From Camelus ferus (lineage: Eukaryota): a DNA stretch of 64,000 nucleotides. Both the position numbers and the translations under genes were made by a program. Below are positions 14,363-26,690 of this stretch, piece after piece. Where the stretch lies: NCBI RefSeq assembly GCF_009834535.1, contig NC_045696.1:37760001-37824000 (forward strand), given 5' to 3'. Position 1 is the stretch's first letter; each line of letters opens with the position of its first letter. Below the pieces are notes generated by a model. It was not told the DNA's origin, ran no database searches, and saw nothing but the letters and a program-made list of their open reading frames with translations.

Positions 14363-14504
14363 TTTGGCTAGCTTTAAATCCTGCCCTCTGCTAAAGAGCT
14401 AAAAAGGCAATGCATACATTGCCTCATGCACAGGGCAGTTTTCCACAGAGGCCTGCTCTAGGTGGCGCAAACACAGGGGTGGGGTGCCTTATTCAAGAAG
14501 TCTC
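14309..14504 (-). mobile_element. Unassigned short retrocopy (123-bp body, A23 tail, perfect 16-bp TSD)
   Basis: TSD ttattcaagaagtctc at 14309-14324 and 14489-14504; T23 at 14343-14365; GC-rich body 14366-14488. Confidence 0.9.
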
Positions 14505-14964
14505 AATGACCTTCACTTTTAAAATGTAGATGCATATAAAATAGTTAAATTTCTGTTTTACACTACTTCGATATATGTTTATATTTTTAAGGAAATTGTA
14601 TTCTGATGTTCAGTTATTTCTAGTTTTCCTTGCATCCAAAGCAATTTGTAATTACAAAAAGTAAAAGTAAATTTTGGTACTTATTGAAAAAATTCTACTG
14701 GGAATATAGACTAAAAGGAATGAGATTAGCTGCAAAATACAATTTCAAAGTGACATCACTAAATAGTTAAGGGATCATCCCCTTTGGCAGTAATAGACTA
14801 TTAGTGTTATTTATTTGGAGGTTATAATCTCGCAAACAGAAAATAAGAGGTCTGCCTCATCATGTTTAAACCAGTGAAGAAATCTAGAAAAGACAGAGAC
14901 AAAGCACTAAAAGACCCTGAGGCTCTGAATTTTTGCATCCTTTAATTTCTGGTTTTGATCATGG

Positions 14965-15830
14965 GATATCCACTTCTGATGTGCGCACATAAACTCCCAT
15001 TGTATAGACCCTACTACAGACAATAACTATAAACTCTGGTCAAAATACGCGCGCACACACACACACACACACAAACACACTCACCCCAACTACATGAAGA
15101 CACAGGAAAACAGAAAACCTTAGAGTTAACAGAGGATAGTAAGTGTATAAAAGGTAATGTTCTTGGGTTAGATTGGGGTTTAAAGTATTTAATCAGAGGG
15201 AAGGCATTAACTACATGGGATAGCTAGAACTGTGATATGAAACCCATAGTCTTTGTATCTTGAAGAAACAGTGGATAAAATTTTGGGAAATCACAGCCAA
15301 TGGAAATAGAGAAGACAACAGAAAATGTGAAAGCCAGAAAAATGTCCTTTTTTGTGTATAACTCTATCCACATATCTGGATGACTTCCTAAACAAGCAAA
15401 CATGGGACAGAATCAAAGCATCTCAGCTAAATACTAAGAACTGAGATTCGAGATGCTATCAAAGAGACAGAGTTTACACTTTGAATCCAATAAAAGTAAT
15501 ATTTTCTAAAATAATAACAAAAATAAAGTGTCCAGAATCTAAAATCTCTACAACATAACATCCACGATGTCCAGGATACAATCAAACATTACTCTTCAAA
15601 TGAAGAAATATGAAAATGTAACACAATCTCAAGAGGAAATTCAGTCAAAATAGATTCCCAGATTCCCAGATAATCCCTGTAATTAGCTGACAGAAATTTT
15701 TTAAAACACTTTTTATTACTAGACTCAATAAGTAATATGTTTATAATAAATAAAAAGATAGTAAATATCAACAGAAAAACAGAAACTGGAAAAGAAGAAA
15801 ATAGAAATTATGAATACAATAGAAATGGTC
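14965..15830 (+). mobile_element. Old L1M 5'UTR/ORF1-start remnant
   Basis: A-rich, with 'acaataactataaactctgg' and 'aacataacatccacgatgtccaggatacaatc'. Confidence 0.6.
15047..15080. repeat. (CG)n(CA)n microsatellite
   Basis: acgcgcgcacacacac... Confidence 0.9.
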
Positions 15831-16332
15831 CCTGCAAGCTGTATAACAGCTTACCCATCATAGAAGTGCAGATGTGTTATATTGCATTCAATCCTCCATG
15901 ATATTCAAGCATGTGTTAAAGTGTGATGCATCACCCTAGTAATAATATTTGTCATTGGAATTTAGTCAACAAGTCCTTTAAAATGAAGAACTTTGTTGTG
16001 AATAATAGAGAATCAGGAATTGTGTGTTCTAGGAGATTCCAAAGCTGATTACACATATATATAAAGTTTTAATACATCAAATTTTATTCAATATTCCATA
16101 TTAATTCTAAATGAAAAGCTCTACTCAGAGTTACCTATTTACCCCTGGAATTGTACTACCTTGGTTAAATGTTGCATTCTTTTAACAGTCAAATTATTTG
16201 TGAAATTGTTATGCATTTTCAGGAGGTGGTGCAAGCACTCTCAAATGTTCAACAATTACGTCATCAGACAGCTCTTCTGTGAAATTGCCTTGATGAAGTC
16301 ATTCATTTGAAAATAAGGACCAGACTATCTTC

Positions 16333-16820
16333 TCTAAAAAGCTTCTGCACAGCAAAAGAAACAATCAAAAAAAAAAAAAATGAAAAGACAATCAAAAGAA
16401 TGGGAGAAACATTTGCCAATCATATATTGGATAAGGGTTAATATCCAAAGTATGTAAAGAAATGATACAACTCGACAACAACAAAAAAATCCAATAAAAA
16501 TGGGTAAAGGACCTAATAGACATATTTCTAAAGAAGACATCCAAATAACCAATGAGTACATGAAAAGATACTCAACATCACTAATCATCAAGGAAATAAA
16601 GGCCAAACAAAACCACAATGAGATAACACCTCACATCTGTTACAATGACTATCATCAAGAAGACAAAATATACAGGTGATGGCTAGAATGTGGAGGTAAG
16701 GGAACCCCTGCACAACTGTTGGTGGGAATGTAAATTGGTTCAGCCACTACAGAAAACATTATGGAGATTTCTCAAAAAATAAAAAATAGAGCTACTGTAT
16801 GATCCAGCAATTCTCATTGC
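16333..16820 (+). mobile_element. L1 ORF2 3' fragment
   Basis: 'ctaaaaagcttctgcacagcaaaagaaacaatc...gttggtgggaatgtaaattgg...tatgatccagcaatt'. Confidence 0.9.
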
Positions 16821-16837
16821 TCTTGATCCTCAAATCT

Positions 16838-17430
16838 TGTGTAATAAAATTTCTAAGCTCATACCAACTTCAGGTTTTCACACCCTTTTATAACCTCCTC
16901 TCTTTAAATGTGGGAAGGATCTATGGTTTGCTTGTAACCAACAGAATATGGCAAAGGTGATGGAAAGGCACTCCCATGATTATGTTATATTATGTAAGAT
17001 TCTTTATCAGTGGCAAATTCACTGGTTAGACTTCCTCCCTTAGCTTTGTAGAAGCAATCTACTTTGTTTTGATAGTGCCAAGGGAAAAGCTCACATGGCA
17101 AGGAACCACAAGCGGTCTCTAATTGCTGAGGGTGGCTTCTAGTTGCAGATGGCAGTCTGCAGTTAGTAGCCAGCAAAAAGTCAGTGCCTTCAGCAAGACA
17201 ACCACAAAGAAATTAATTCTCCCAATAATCCAAGTGAATTTGGAAGTAGATGCTTTCCTTATTAAGCCAGCAAATGAAAGGCTGACATCTTCATTGTGGT
17301 CTTATGAGATCCTAGACAGAAGACTGAACTAAATCATGCATAGACTCTTCACTCACAGAAACTGTGAGATAATAAATGTGTCTTAAGGCACCATTTGTTT
17401 TAATTAAGACCATAATAGAAAACTTTAACA
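16838..17430 (+). mobile_element. MaLR solo LTR (MLT1E-like)
   Basis: 'aaccaacagaatatggcaaaggtgatgg' and 'cacagaaactgtgagataataaatgtgt'; ends 'aatagaaaactttaaca'. Confidence 0.75.
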
Positions 17431-18769
17431 AATGCTGTTTCTCACACATTTATATTATTGTGTCTCCCCTGGAATCCTTCAGTTTTCACATATTTTCACT
17501 CTCTCTTCTTTTTTTAACTGCTTCTATAAGCAGATTTAATTTTTCTTAAGATTTTTTTTTCAGGTTATTTCAATAAAATATTTCATTTACATCACAGTTA
17601 TTTCATAAAGACATTAATGAATAATTTTTATGCCAACATGGTGACACAGCATGACTTCCTATCTGAATGCCACCTCCACTCACCTGTAGATGTAGCTAAC
17701 TTTCTGCTCTACTGATCAGTCTTCTAGAGTAATCTAATTTTCTGCTTTGGTGGATGAGCGAACTAAACAAATTCTCTCCTTCACAGACAACCTTAAAAAA
17801 GCAGCATTCCTGATGGAACATAATCAAAATTTCAACTATCAAACAAGACAGAGGGAAAGTAACTACATTTTCAGCTTTATTCTATTCATGTCACTTTTCA
17901 TAACAATTCATTACAAAAAAGTGACAATGGAAGAAATAAGACTCTTGAATACATGATTTTTCATACTTTGTGTTAAAACCTACCTGAAATAATTGAGATT
18001 CCAAAAGTTTTCACCTTTTTAAATCAAACTGATTATAGACAAAGATTTTTCTTTAATATTTGGGTCTAGAAAATATAAAATATAAACAATAATTCAACAA
18101 ATATATGTGGGTACATAGAATGATCTAGGAAATGTGAATAGGACATAGTTATCTGCCTAAGGGATTGCACAGACTAAGAGGAAAACCATGACACAATGGT
18201 GGCACTACATATCCAAAACTATATGCCTCAAAGCAGCAAGAAATAAAATTTTATAAAATTTCATAGATTAAAATGTATCTATTTATAGATTAAAGTAGGC
18301 TATAAAAACATAATTAGCAGTGAAAATGCTGCCAGAGAAACAGAAAACATATTCTAATTAATTGTGAAAAAATATTTTTGAAGGTACAAGAACCATCCTA
18401 CTCGTCTCCATAAATGATAAGTAAGATACATGTGGTAAAGATACCATGTGTATCATAAAACCTTAATTGTGAGTGTGTGCATATTTTAATTTTAGGCAAT
18501 AAGCATAAAATACACAACTGTTAATTTTTTTTAAAACTGTTTGGATGTCTCCATAAACAATTTAAACTATTTTTACTAAATTGTCAAAACATAATTTAAA
18601 AGTTCTCCTTGATACCATGAAGAGGCAGCTGTGCTTGAGGAGGCTTGTCTGCTCCTGGAGATCCTAGACAATGCCATGACAAGATGCGACTTGGCAATTT
18701 TGGTGGAGAGGATGAGTACACTTTTTAAAGTGAAATGATTTTGATTTATTATGACCAGAGGGAGAACCC

Positions 18770-19400
18770 TTTCAGACTATATTTTCCAAAAACATTCACA
18801 CCACTATATATGCCATCACACATCATCTCACTTTTATATGATGCTCATACATTCCAACAAAAGAGGAGATGCAGGTGCCCTACCCTTGAAATTTGGCGAA
18901 CGATTGTAGCGACCTTGGCAAATTAAATGTGGCAGACATGTCGCAGTGATTTACAAGTATAAGTCATCAAATGTGATGTGGCTTCCACCTTACAGCCTTT
19001 GTTGAGACACATGTCTTGGGTGCTCTAAGATGACGTATAAGAAGTGAGTACTTGAAAGACACCCTGCTGGAGGTAACATTTTGAGGTACCACATAGAGAT
19101 AGAGTTGCCTGAGGAGTCACAGCTGTGTCAGGACCCGGCTCTCTGAATCTTTCCAGCATCCATTGTCAGATGTGAGTAAAGTAGCCTTCAAATATTCCAA
19201 ACCATTCCATACCTACCCTTTGAGGTTTTTTTGTTTTTTTGATTTTTTTTTGAAACCTCCTACTTAGACACTAAACACTGTGGAGTAGGGACAAGCCATT
19301 TTTACTGCGTCAAGTCAAAATTTCTAACTTACAAACTCATAACATTATGTGCTGTATTATACAACTACATTTTGGTGCAAGATGTTACACAGAATGACAA
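18770..19400 (+). mobile_element. MaLR solo LTR (MLT1G-like)
   Basis: 'cagactatattttccaaaa', 'cagatgtgagtaaagtagccttca', 'tggagtagggacaagcca'. Confidence 0.6.
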
Positions 19401-19484
19401 TTATTTTAATTATAAATCTAGGATAAAACATAATAAATCTATTTGTTGAATTTAAATCAAGTATCAGGGGAATGTTTGGTACTA

Positions 19485-19620
19485 AATTAGCAGTCAGGAG
19501 ACATAGACACAGGTCTTATCACTAAGTCACTTGTTATCTTGGACAAGTCATTAAATTTGGAAGATTTTTATAGCTTTTCTATAAAAGGAAGAAAATGAAC
19601 TAAATGACAGCTAATTCCTA
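19485..19620 (+). mobile_element. MIR fragment
   Basis: Core-like 'cactaagtcacttgttatcttggacaagtcattaaa'. Confidence 0.5.
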
Positions 19621-20969
19621 GAACCCTGCTTATAATATACATCTATTTTATGAAATATTCAAAACTTTTTCCAAGTTTAAACATTGTACATGGCCTATTC
19701 TGGAACAAAATACTGCCAGACACGAATATTAGTAAGAACATGTGATTGCCAAAAGGAGAAGTAACTGATTTACAATGATGGCAAATGTCAATCTATATTA
19801 CAAAAGTCCTTAGGTAATGAAGTCCTATTTATATAACTAAAGGACCTGTTTTAGTTATAGAAAACCCAAAGACCATGCCTATTTCCACATCACTAGTGAG
19901 AATGGGCATTTCAAAACTCTTTTAAGATACTTTAGAAGATCCAGATTAACGCTACTTTACATCCACCAAATGTTTCAGCAAAGAAGGGAGCCTAGGGTTG
20001 TTCTCAGCAGAGTTTTTTTGGTTTGTTTTGCCAAGTGGGAAGAAAAACATTCTGGAAAATAATTCATTCTACAGAACGAAATCAGTCTGCTCAATCTGTG
20101 TCTCATTGTTAGAAGTGAAAGGAATTTGCAATACAATTTAAGGTGCTTTACTTATACATATGAAAATTTAGCCACCGTACAACAGCAGCAGCTCTCATCA
20201 ATAGGAGACCAAACTTTGCCTGGTAGTAGTGGAAGTGATGCACTTGGCAAATTATTGACAGGGTTTTCTTAGATAAGGTTGATTAAATACAGTTATTAGG
20301 AACATTTTTCAATAGATGCCAAAGAATTTATCATATACCTCAGCTGGTGATTGTCAATTCCATACAGATAAACGTTCTCTGATACTCAAGCCAGAGTTCA
20401 TGTTTTAAAAGATACATGCATATGCATATGGAGACAACTGAATATTTGAAATTAGTACTTTACTGTCAGTATAGTAGTACTTCTTTTTATTGTCCATGAG
20501 ATGTCAGATATTTCTATCTTTGAGATAGTTATAATTACTATAAATTTTACAAAAATATCTGAAGTACTTGACATGGTATTTTGTTTAAAATACTTCTATC
20601 ATTCTAGAGCTAAAGCATGGCTGTTCACATTGTATGCTTAGAGCTCTAGAGAGCAGAATGATTGAACTACCTATTTTAGATGTCTATAATAGTTTTGCTT
20701 ATCTGGAACATACTAATCAATCATGTCAATCTTTTCCACTGAGCCTTGAAGAGGCTTCACAATACTTCTCAACACACCACCCTGGGCAATTGCTATCAGT
20801 CTATGTTGGCTAGCACTGCAAATAAAATATATTTCTCTATCTTTAGGCTTGAGCTACAAACACACAGTAATAGCTACTCTCCTGATTTTAGCAGTACAGA
20901 TACAAGACATGCTCAGAAAAGGCATCAGAATGCTATCTCTTTGCCTGTCTACTCCCTAACATGAATGAT

Positions 20970-21780
20970 CCAATACAAAGACAGAGTTCTGAGAATTATA
21001 TTTCCAATATTTTTGTTATAAGTTCTCCTCTTCTCAGGAGCACATGTGGTAGGACTGCAGTTTCCTGCTTCTTCTGAGTCATGCGCATATGACTTGTTTT
21101 TGCTAGTGAAATGTAAGCAAAAGTGTTGTATATCTCTGAGCAAGTAGGTCTCCTCCACCTTTGCCAAGTTTATTTGTTAAGATGGAGACTCCATCAGCTT
21201 GACTCGAGAGTGACTACCATAAGAAGAACTCTCTCTGCCAATATGCGTTGGGTGGGTAGAAAAGAAACAAAAACTTACTGTTTTATGCCAGTGAGAAAGG
21301 GGATCATTTGTTAAGGAAAATAACTCAATACTAAGTCTATCATAACTAATTCAGAAACTGGTACCTAGAAGTGAGTTGCTGCCATTGAAGACAATAAAAA
21401 TTACTGTAACTAAAATACATCTCTGACATAGGGGCTGGGTAGTTGGTTGCTTGGGAACTACTATCAGAGACTGGAAATATGGCATTCCATAAAACCCAGT
21501 AAAAAATGTTTTAAGTGTCACTTAGACTAACTTTGGAGCTAGAATGTATGATGAATGAATGTGTCTAGGGAAAGAGGTCGGAAAACAACTTTTTAGCATT
21601 TTTTTCTGGTTTATATCAGCTATATTTGGCAAGGTATGAGAAAAGAGATGACCAGAGTAGTGTGGGACTCTCAGAGGTTGGAGCTGACATCTGTGAATTT
21701 ACTCTGTCCTGTAAGAAATAAAAATACTGCCAAACAATGATTATCAAACATTTTGGGACTTTTGCTATTAACCAAAGGCA
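20970..21780 (+). mobile_element. MaLR LTR (MLT1I-like, to about 21352) plus start of internal region
   Basis: 'catgtggtaggactgcagtttcctg' and 'aaacttactgttttatgccagtgaga', followed by the MLT-int start 'gaaactggtacctagaagtg'. Confidence 0.65.
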
Positions 21781-21794
21781 CAGGAAAAAAAAAA

Positions 21795-23150
21795 ACGTGA
21801 AAAGCATTTATTTATTCAAGAAAAATTATTGAACTTTGGTAAGAACAGTGAGATCTTTGGCATTTTACTTGGAGCTATTTCCATTTCCCCTCCCCGGTGC
21901 CATGTTGTGGTAGTCACGAGGGCTGGCAGATTCTTATCCAACAAAAGGAACTTATCTTCTTTTGGAGATTGGTTTAAAAAAAAAAGCCCCATCATCAGAA
22001 AATGGGCAGTATTTTGATCTTCTTTGAAAAGTACCATTTCATCTCTGTTACTATTTGATCTTACTCCAAGCACAACTCCCTGGGAAAAGCCCTATCCCCA
22101 GAGGCTTTTTGAAAACAGTTCTGATCGGCTGAAAACTTATGTGCAAACAAAATCTGCACGCAAATGTTTATCCATAGTTGGCAAAAATTTCAAGCAATCA
22201 AGATTTCATTCACGAGGGGATAAGTAAATAAAAATAAATGGTACATTTATACGATGCGTGTTATTTAGTGAAGAAAGGAAATGCCCTTTTAATCCACAAA
22301 AGATAGTTTGGTCTGCAACACATATCACTAAGTGAAAGAAGTTAGTGTATAAAGGCTGTATTTTATCCGATTACATTATGTCAAAATGGAAAAGGTAAAA
22401 CTATACATACATTTAAAAGATCAGTGGTTGCCACAGGTTCAGGGTGAAAAGGAAGGTGGAACAAGTGTAGCGTGGGGGATACTTTTAACATAGTGAAGCC
22501 ATTTGTGTGATACTGTGCAAGTGGGTACATGACACTGTACATTTGTCAAAACCAATAAAACTTACAGCACATGGAATGAACCTCAATATATGCAATTAAA
22601 AAATAATTTAGCAGGTCAGGATATCTCAGACTGGAGCACAGAATGTGGCAAAATAGTCAAACTACATTAGAGACTAAGGACAAAAACTTATAGAAAGGAC
22701 TGGGGAGAAGACACTGAGCTAAATAACTTCAGAAATGTGCAGGACCTCTAAGACCAAAGGGCAAGAAAGACTACAGAAGCTCTATATTCTAGGTAATAAA
22801 GTGTTTCCCTTCAACTAAAGGCCAACAATTCTGAGCCCACTATATATTCACCTGGAATTGAACAGGTAAGTAAATAGATGGCCCATGCTGAAAGCCAGGT
22901 TTCTACCTATTGGAGTGAGAAGTTCCAGATGAACAAAAGGAAGAGGACAGAATGATTCATGTGGTTCAGAGTTAGATATGTCAATATGAATTTATGTTTA
23001 CCTTAACATAGATGCAGATGATTGCATATAGAAGTGTTTGTAGACTTATATATAATATAGATCCTTGATAATATGTGATGATAATGTCACTTTATTTTTG
23101 TTGTCTTCCTTCCAAAACCTCAGCCTCCATCTAGTCATGAGAAATACATA
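21795..23150 (+). mobile_element. Old L1: short 5'UTR piece joined to an L1MC3-like 3' end
   Basis: 'tttattcaagaaaaattattgaactttggtaagaacagtgag', then 'gaaaacttatgtgcaaacaaaatctgcacgcaaatgttta...catttgtcaaaacc'. Confidence 0.7.
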
Positions 23151-23814
23151 GTTGGGTTTGACTTTTTGTTCATTTATATTAAATGTGAAATAGAAAAAGA
23201 TCAACTTATTTTAACTTCACTATTATTTTTCTATTATATCTCACCATATTTTAATAAAACAAGAAAGCATCATTTTAGTTATAGCATTCTGGAACCAATA
23301 TTGATTTTGACATGCAAAGGATAACTACAATTATTTGAAAGGTAATTGAGAGGATGGTGAGAAGTATATCATGACAATCTTTCTTTTTTTTTTTTCTATT
23401 CTACAAGATTGAGACTTGAGAAATGTCTATCTGCTCGTGTTTATTACCCTTTTCATGTAATACAAGCTCTTTTCTTAATGGGCCTGTGCGTATGAGACAA
23501 ACCCTATCTCTCATCTACTACACTTAACCGTAACATAGAGAGACATATGGTCTAATCCTATGGGATATTTTTGGTCCAACCTCACTGAACTCTTTTTATA
23601 TTATATACCTATATGCATGCACTTTCCCGAACTTTACAATCTAGCATATTCTTTATCCCAGTTTTACTTGATGGTCACTTTTTGTATCTATCTTTGAGAT
23701 TTTGTTTTAATTATCATTTAAAATATGATGGTGTTGAGAATCTGTGCAACATTTCCATTTATTAAATAATGAATAGCAAGATGTATAATTTTCTACAGAT
23801 TAGTTCTGTGACAG

Positions 23815-23990
23815 CCACAGGAAGTGTAGTAGAAAAAGCATTTTAAAATTGTGTAGAATAAACACATTTAAACATATCTTCTAACTCTTTAGAAAATGTA
23901 TTCTTGGGCAAATACCTTAAATTGTCTGAAAATCTACATCTTCATAAGTAAAAGCTAAATTTTAAAAGAGCAAATTAGTAAGAATTAAAA
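23815..23990 (+). mobile_element. MIR fragment
   Basis: 'gtgtagtagaaaaagca...ttcttgggcaaataccttaa...catcttcataagtaaaa'. Confidence 0.5.
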
Positions 23991-25964
23991 TAAAATTACA
24001 CCTGAATTTACAAATATGCATACATAATTTTAAAATATACTAATATTGCAACATATTTATTTCTTGTAGTAGTCTGCACATTCACAGAATTTTAATAATA
24101 CATTTTCTAAATCAGTTAGAACATAAATGATTTAATAATGGAAATATGTTATCTAATTGGAAGCATAAGAATTGATTATAATAATTAATACTTTTAGCCA
24201 ACACATACAATTTTACATAAACTCAATTAAACTAGTAGTGGAAATTTGATTCTACTAATAAAAATGTCTACACTTGTTGCTTTTAGCTTTTGAAACAAAG
24301 GATATTTATTTATTTACTTACTTTTTAAAAAAGTGAGTTAATGTTTCACATTACTAAGTAATTTAATCTGTCCCATATATTATTTATGAGAACTTATTCT
24401 ATACTTATTTTATATTCTATAAAATAATCAGTCATGACTCCACTGGAATACTATGGTTTATGAACAGTTACTTTCCTATGCCTTTAAAAAAAACTACATT
24501 GTTTTTATAAATGTGTTAACTGAAATAAACCTCAAGTTGCAATTTTTGAACTGCTGGTCATTTTTTAAACTACTGGCATACATACAGTGAGCCATCCTAA
24601 ATCATTTGTATTTAACTCATGCACAGCATTATTCTAGGATGTAGATTCTAATTAGAAGAAACACAAATAATGAATACCTTATGATCATCGATTACCAAGT
24701 CATTCAGTTAAACGTGGCCTATGCTGTGCTCATTCACATCATATACAGAAGTTCAAAGAAAGGTAATTTAGAGTCAAGAATATAATTTATTTTAGTCACC
24801 AGGCTTTTAACTTTTTAAGCTAAACTTAAAAGAACTTTCTTTGAAAAGATTTTATATTTTAAAGACTCCCTTTGGACAGTCTAACAACAATTAGGAAAAA
24901 CATTTCTTGGAAAATGTCCAAAGTATTTGTCTTCATAGCTGGTTGACATAAACACTGACAAGAGAAAGATTCTATACCCTATATTTATGTTTTAGTGAGT
25001 ACCTGCCAAATATTTCTGTTAAGTTGCAATCTTGTGAGGCTTTATGGATGCTAATCACTTGTATTTGCTATTTTTGTATAATATAAGCTATAATTTTGTA
25101 TTCGGTTGAGTAGCTAAGAAATAAGAGGACTCAAACCAACCTACACAATTATGATACGCACATACACACACATAATCTTATTCCAAAAAGTTACCAACAA
25201 TATCTTACTGAGCACAGTTTCACACCTTTAAATGTTATCTTAAGTTCTTAGAACCATTTATTGTTATGGATCACAACTAAGTCACAACTAAGGCTTTGGC
25301 AAGTTAATATTGCACAAGCAATACCAAAGGAATTATTTAAGAGATAAAGTGGCATTTCCCAAGAGTATGCTAAAAGTAAAACCAGTACATCTGATGAGAC
25401 TAATGATCCATCTAATCCAGTATTCCCTATCTTATAGTCACTAAATGTATTTTAATTGTTTTATGAGCCCTAAACTAAATGATCTTCTATGAGTGTCTGC
25501 TATGGCTATCTATCTCACAAGGTAGGACTAATGTGCACTAATGACAGTCAATCTCCAGAATGGATGCCAAATACATTTATTCAAAGAGAATCTTCTAGTT
25601 CAGAGTCTTTCTCTGCCTAATAACATTCAATTTTTGTACAGTAAGAACCCATTTCTAGCCAGCAATATTATGTTCAAGTCAATGCTTTTCTTTAATTTTT
25701 TCCTCCAAATTACCAATGTTTATTAGACACATAAGTTTCATTGCTAGAAATTTTACTACAATAATTTCATTTTGTTGAAAGTCTCTTACTTCAGTTTGTA
25801 TTTATACATTGCGTGCCACCTTTTAAAAAGACCTTTATGTCATTTCTTTCTGGTACTTTCATTCCAACAAAATGTGCATTTTCTCTATTATAAACATGAC
25901 TGAATATAAAATGAACTGGAAAATAATGTTTTGAGAGGTAACTTTCAAGGAAAGAGATTTAAAA

Positions 25965-26096
25965 AAGACAGGAATGGACAGAGAGGAAGATGATAGACAG
26001 ATAGGTGATAAGATAGACAATAGATGATAGACAGGTAACAGATAAATGATACATAGATAAAGAAAGGAGGAAGGGAGAGGGGAAGGAAGGAGGGAA
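25965..26096. repeat. Degenerate (GATA)n plus GA-rich tract
   Basis: Directly visible. Confidence 0.8.
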
Positions 26097-26529
26097 ATGA
26101 AATTCACCACAAAATCAATATTAACTCTATTCAGGTAATAGGTAATGAAAATATTACAATGATTTCAGTTTTATTTCTAGTTTGCTAAGTTACCAAATAG
26201 GATAACATCAGCATTTTTATAAGTTGTAACAAAATAAACACTACAAAAAGATCATACTTTTATATATTAGTGCAAAAATTTTTTTAAAGGGTATGCATGT
26301 GTGATTCACATAGCTAAATTTGAGTTAAAATAACTTTAAAAAATAACTAATGTTCAGCATTGGAGAGTTAAAAGTAAACTGGAAACACTTTTATGTTGGA
26401 GTGTAGAGCAAAATAAACTAAAACTATTACTTTATTTGGCATATGACAATCTCTGTTTATATAAGATTGTATTTCTATGAAGAGAATAACCAAAATACTT
26501 TTTAGGGATTTTTTTTTAAAGGAATTAGA

Positions 26530-26690
26530 TGAATATGGGGTCTGGACATCCAGATTTTAAAGTCGATCCATTAAGAAGAATTGTGTAACTATGCCTATAA
26601 ATACTCTTCTCCAAACTGCAGTTTCCTAATTTAAAATATAAAGAAATTGGACCAGAATACTCTAAATCTCTTATCAATATCTAAAATCTC
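26530..26690 (+). mobile_element. MIR/MIR3 fragment
   Basis: 'ctgcagtttcctaatttaaaatataaagaaattggaccaga'. Confidence 0.4.

Noticed and set aside
14381..14438. SECIS, H/ACA snoRNA or histone stem-loop identity for the retrocopy hairpin
   Set aside because: No apical AA or partner GA for the ATGA, no terminal ACA box, and no match to the histone 6-bp stem/4-nt loop consensus
16223..16310. Possible terminal exon after 'ttttcag' (EVVQALSNVQQLRHQTALL*)
   Set aside because: No upstream exons or recognisable protein; it runs into an L1 fragment
17678..17800. Minus-strand CAG|GTGAGT donor with a candidate exon
   Set aside because: Weak or ambiguous acceptor and stops in all frames; such donors occur by chance
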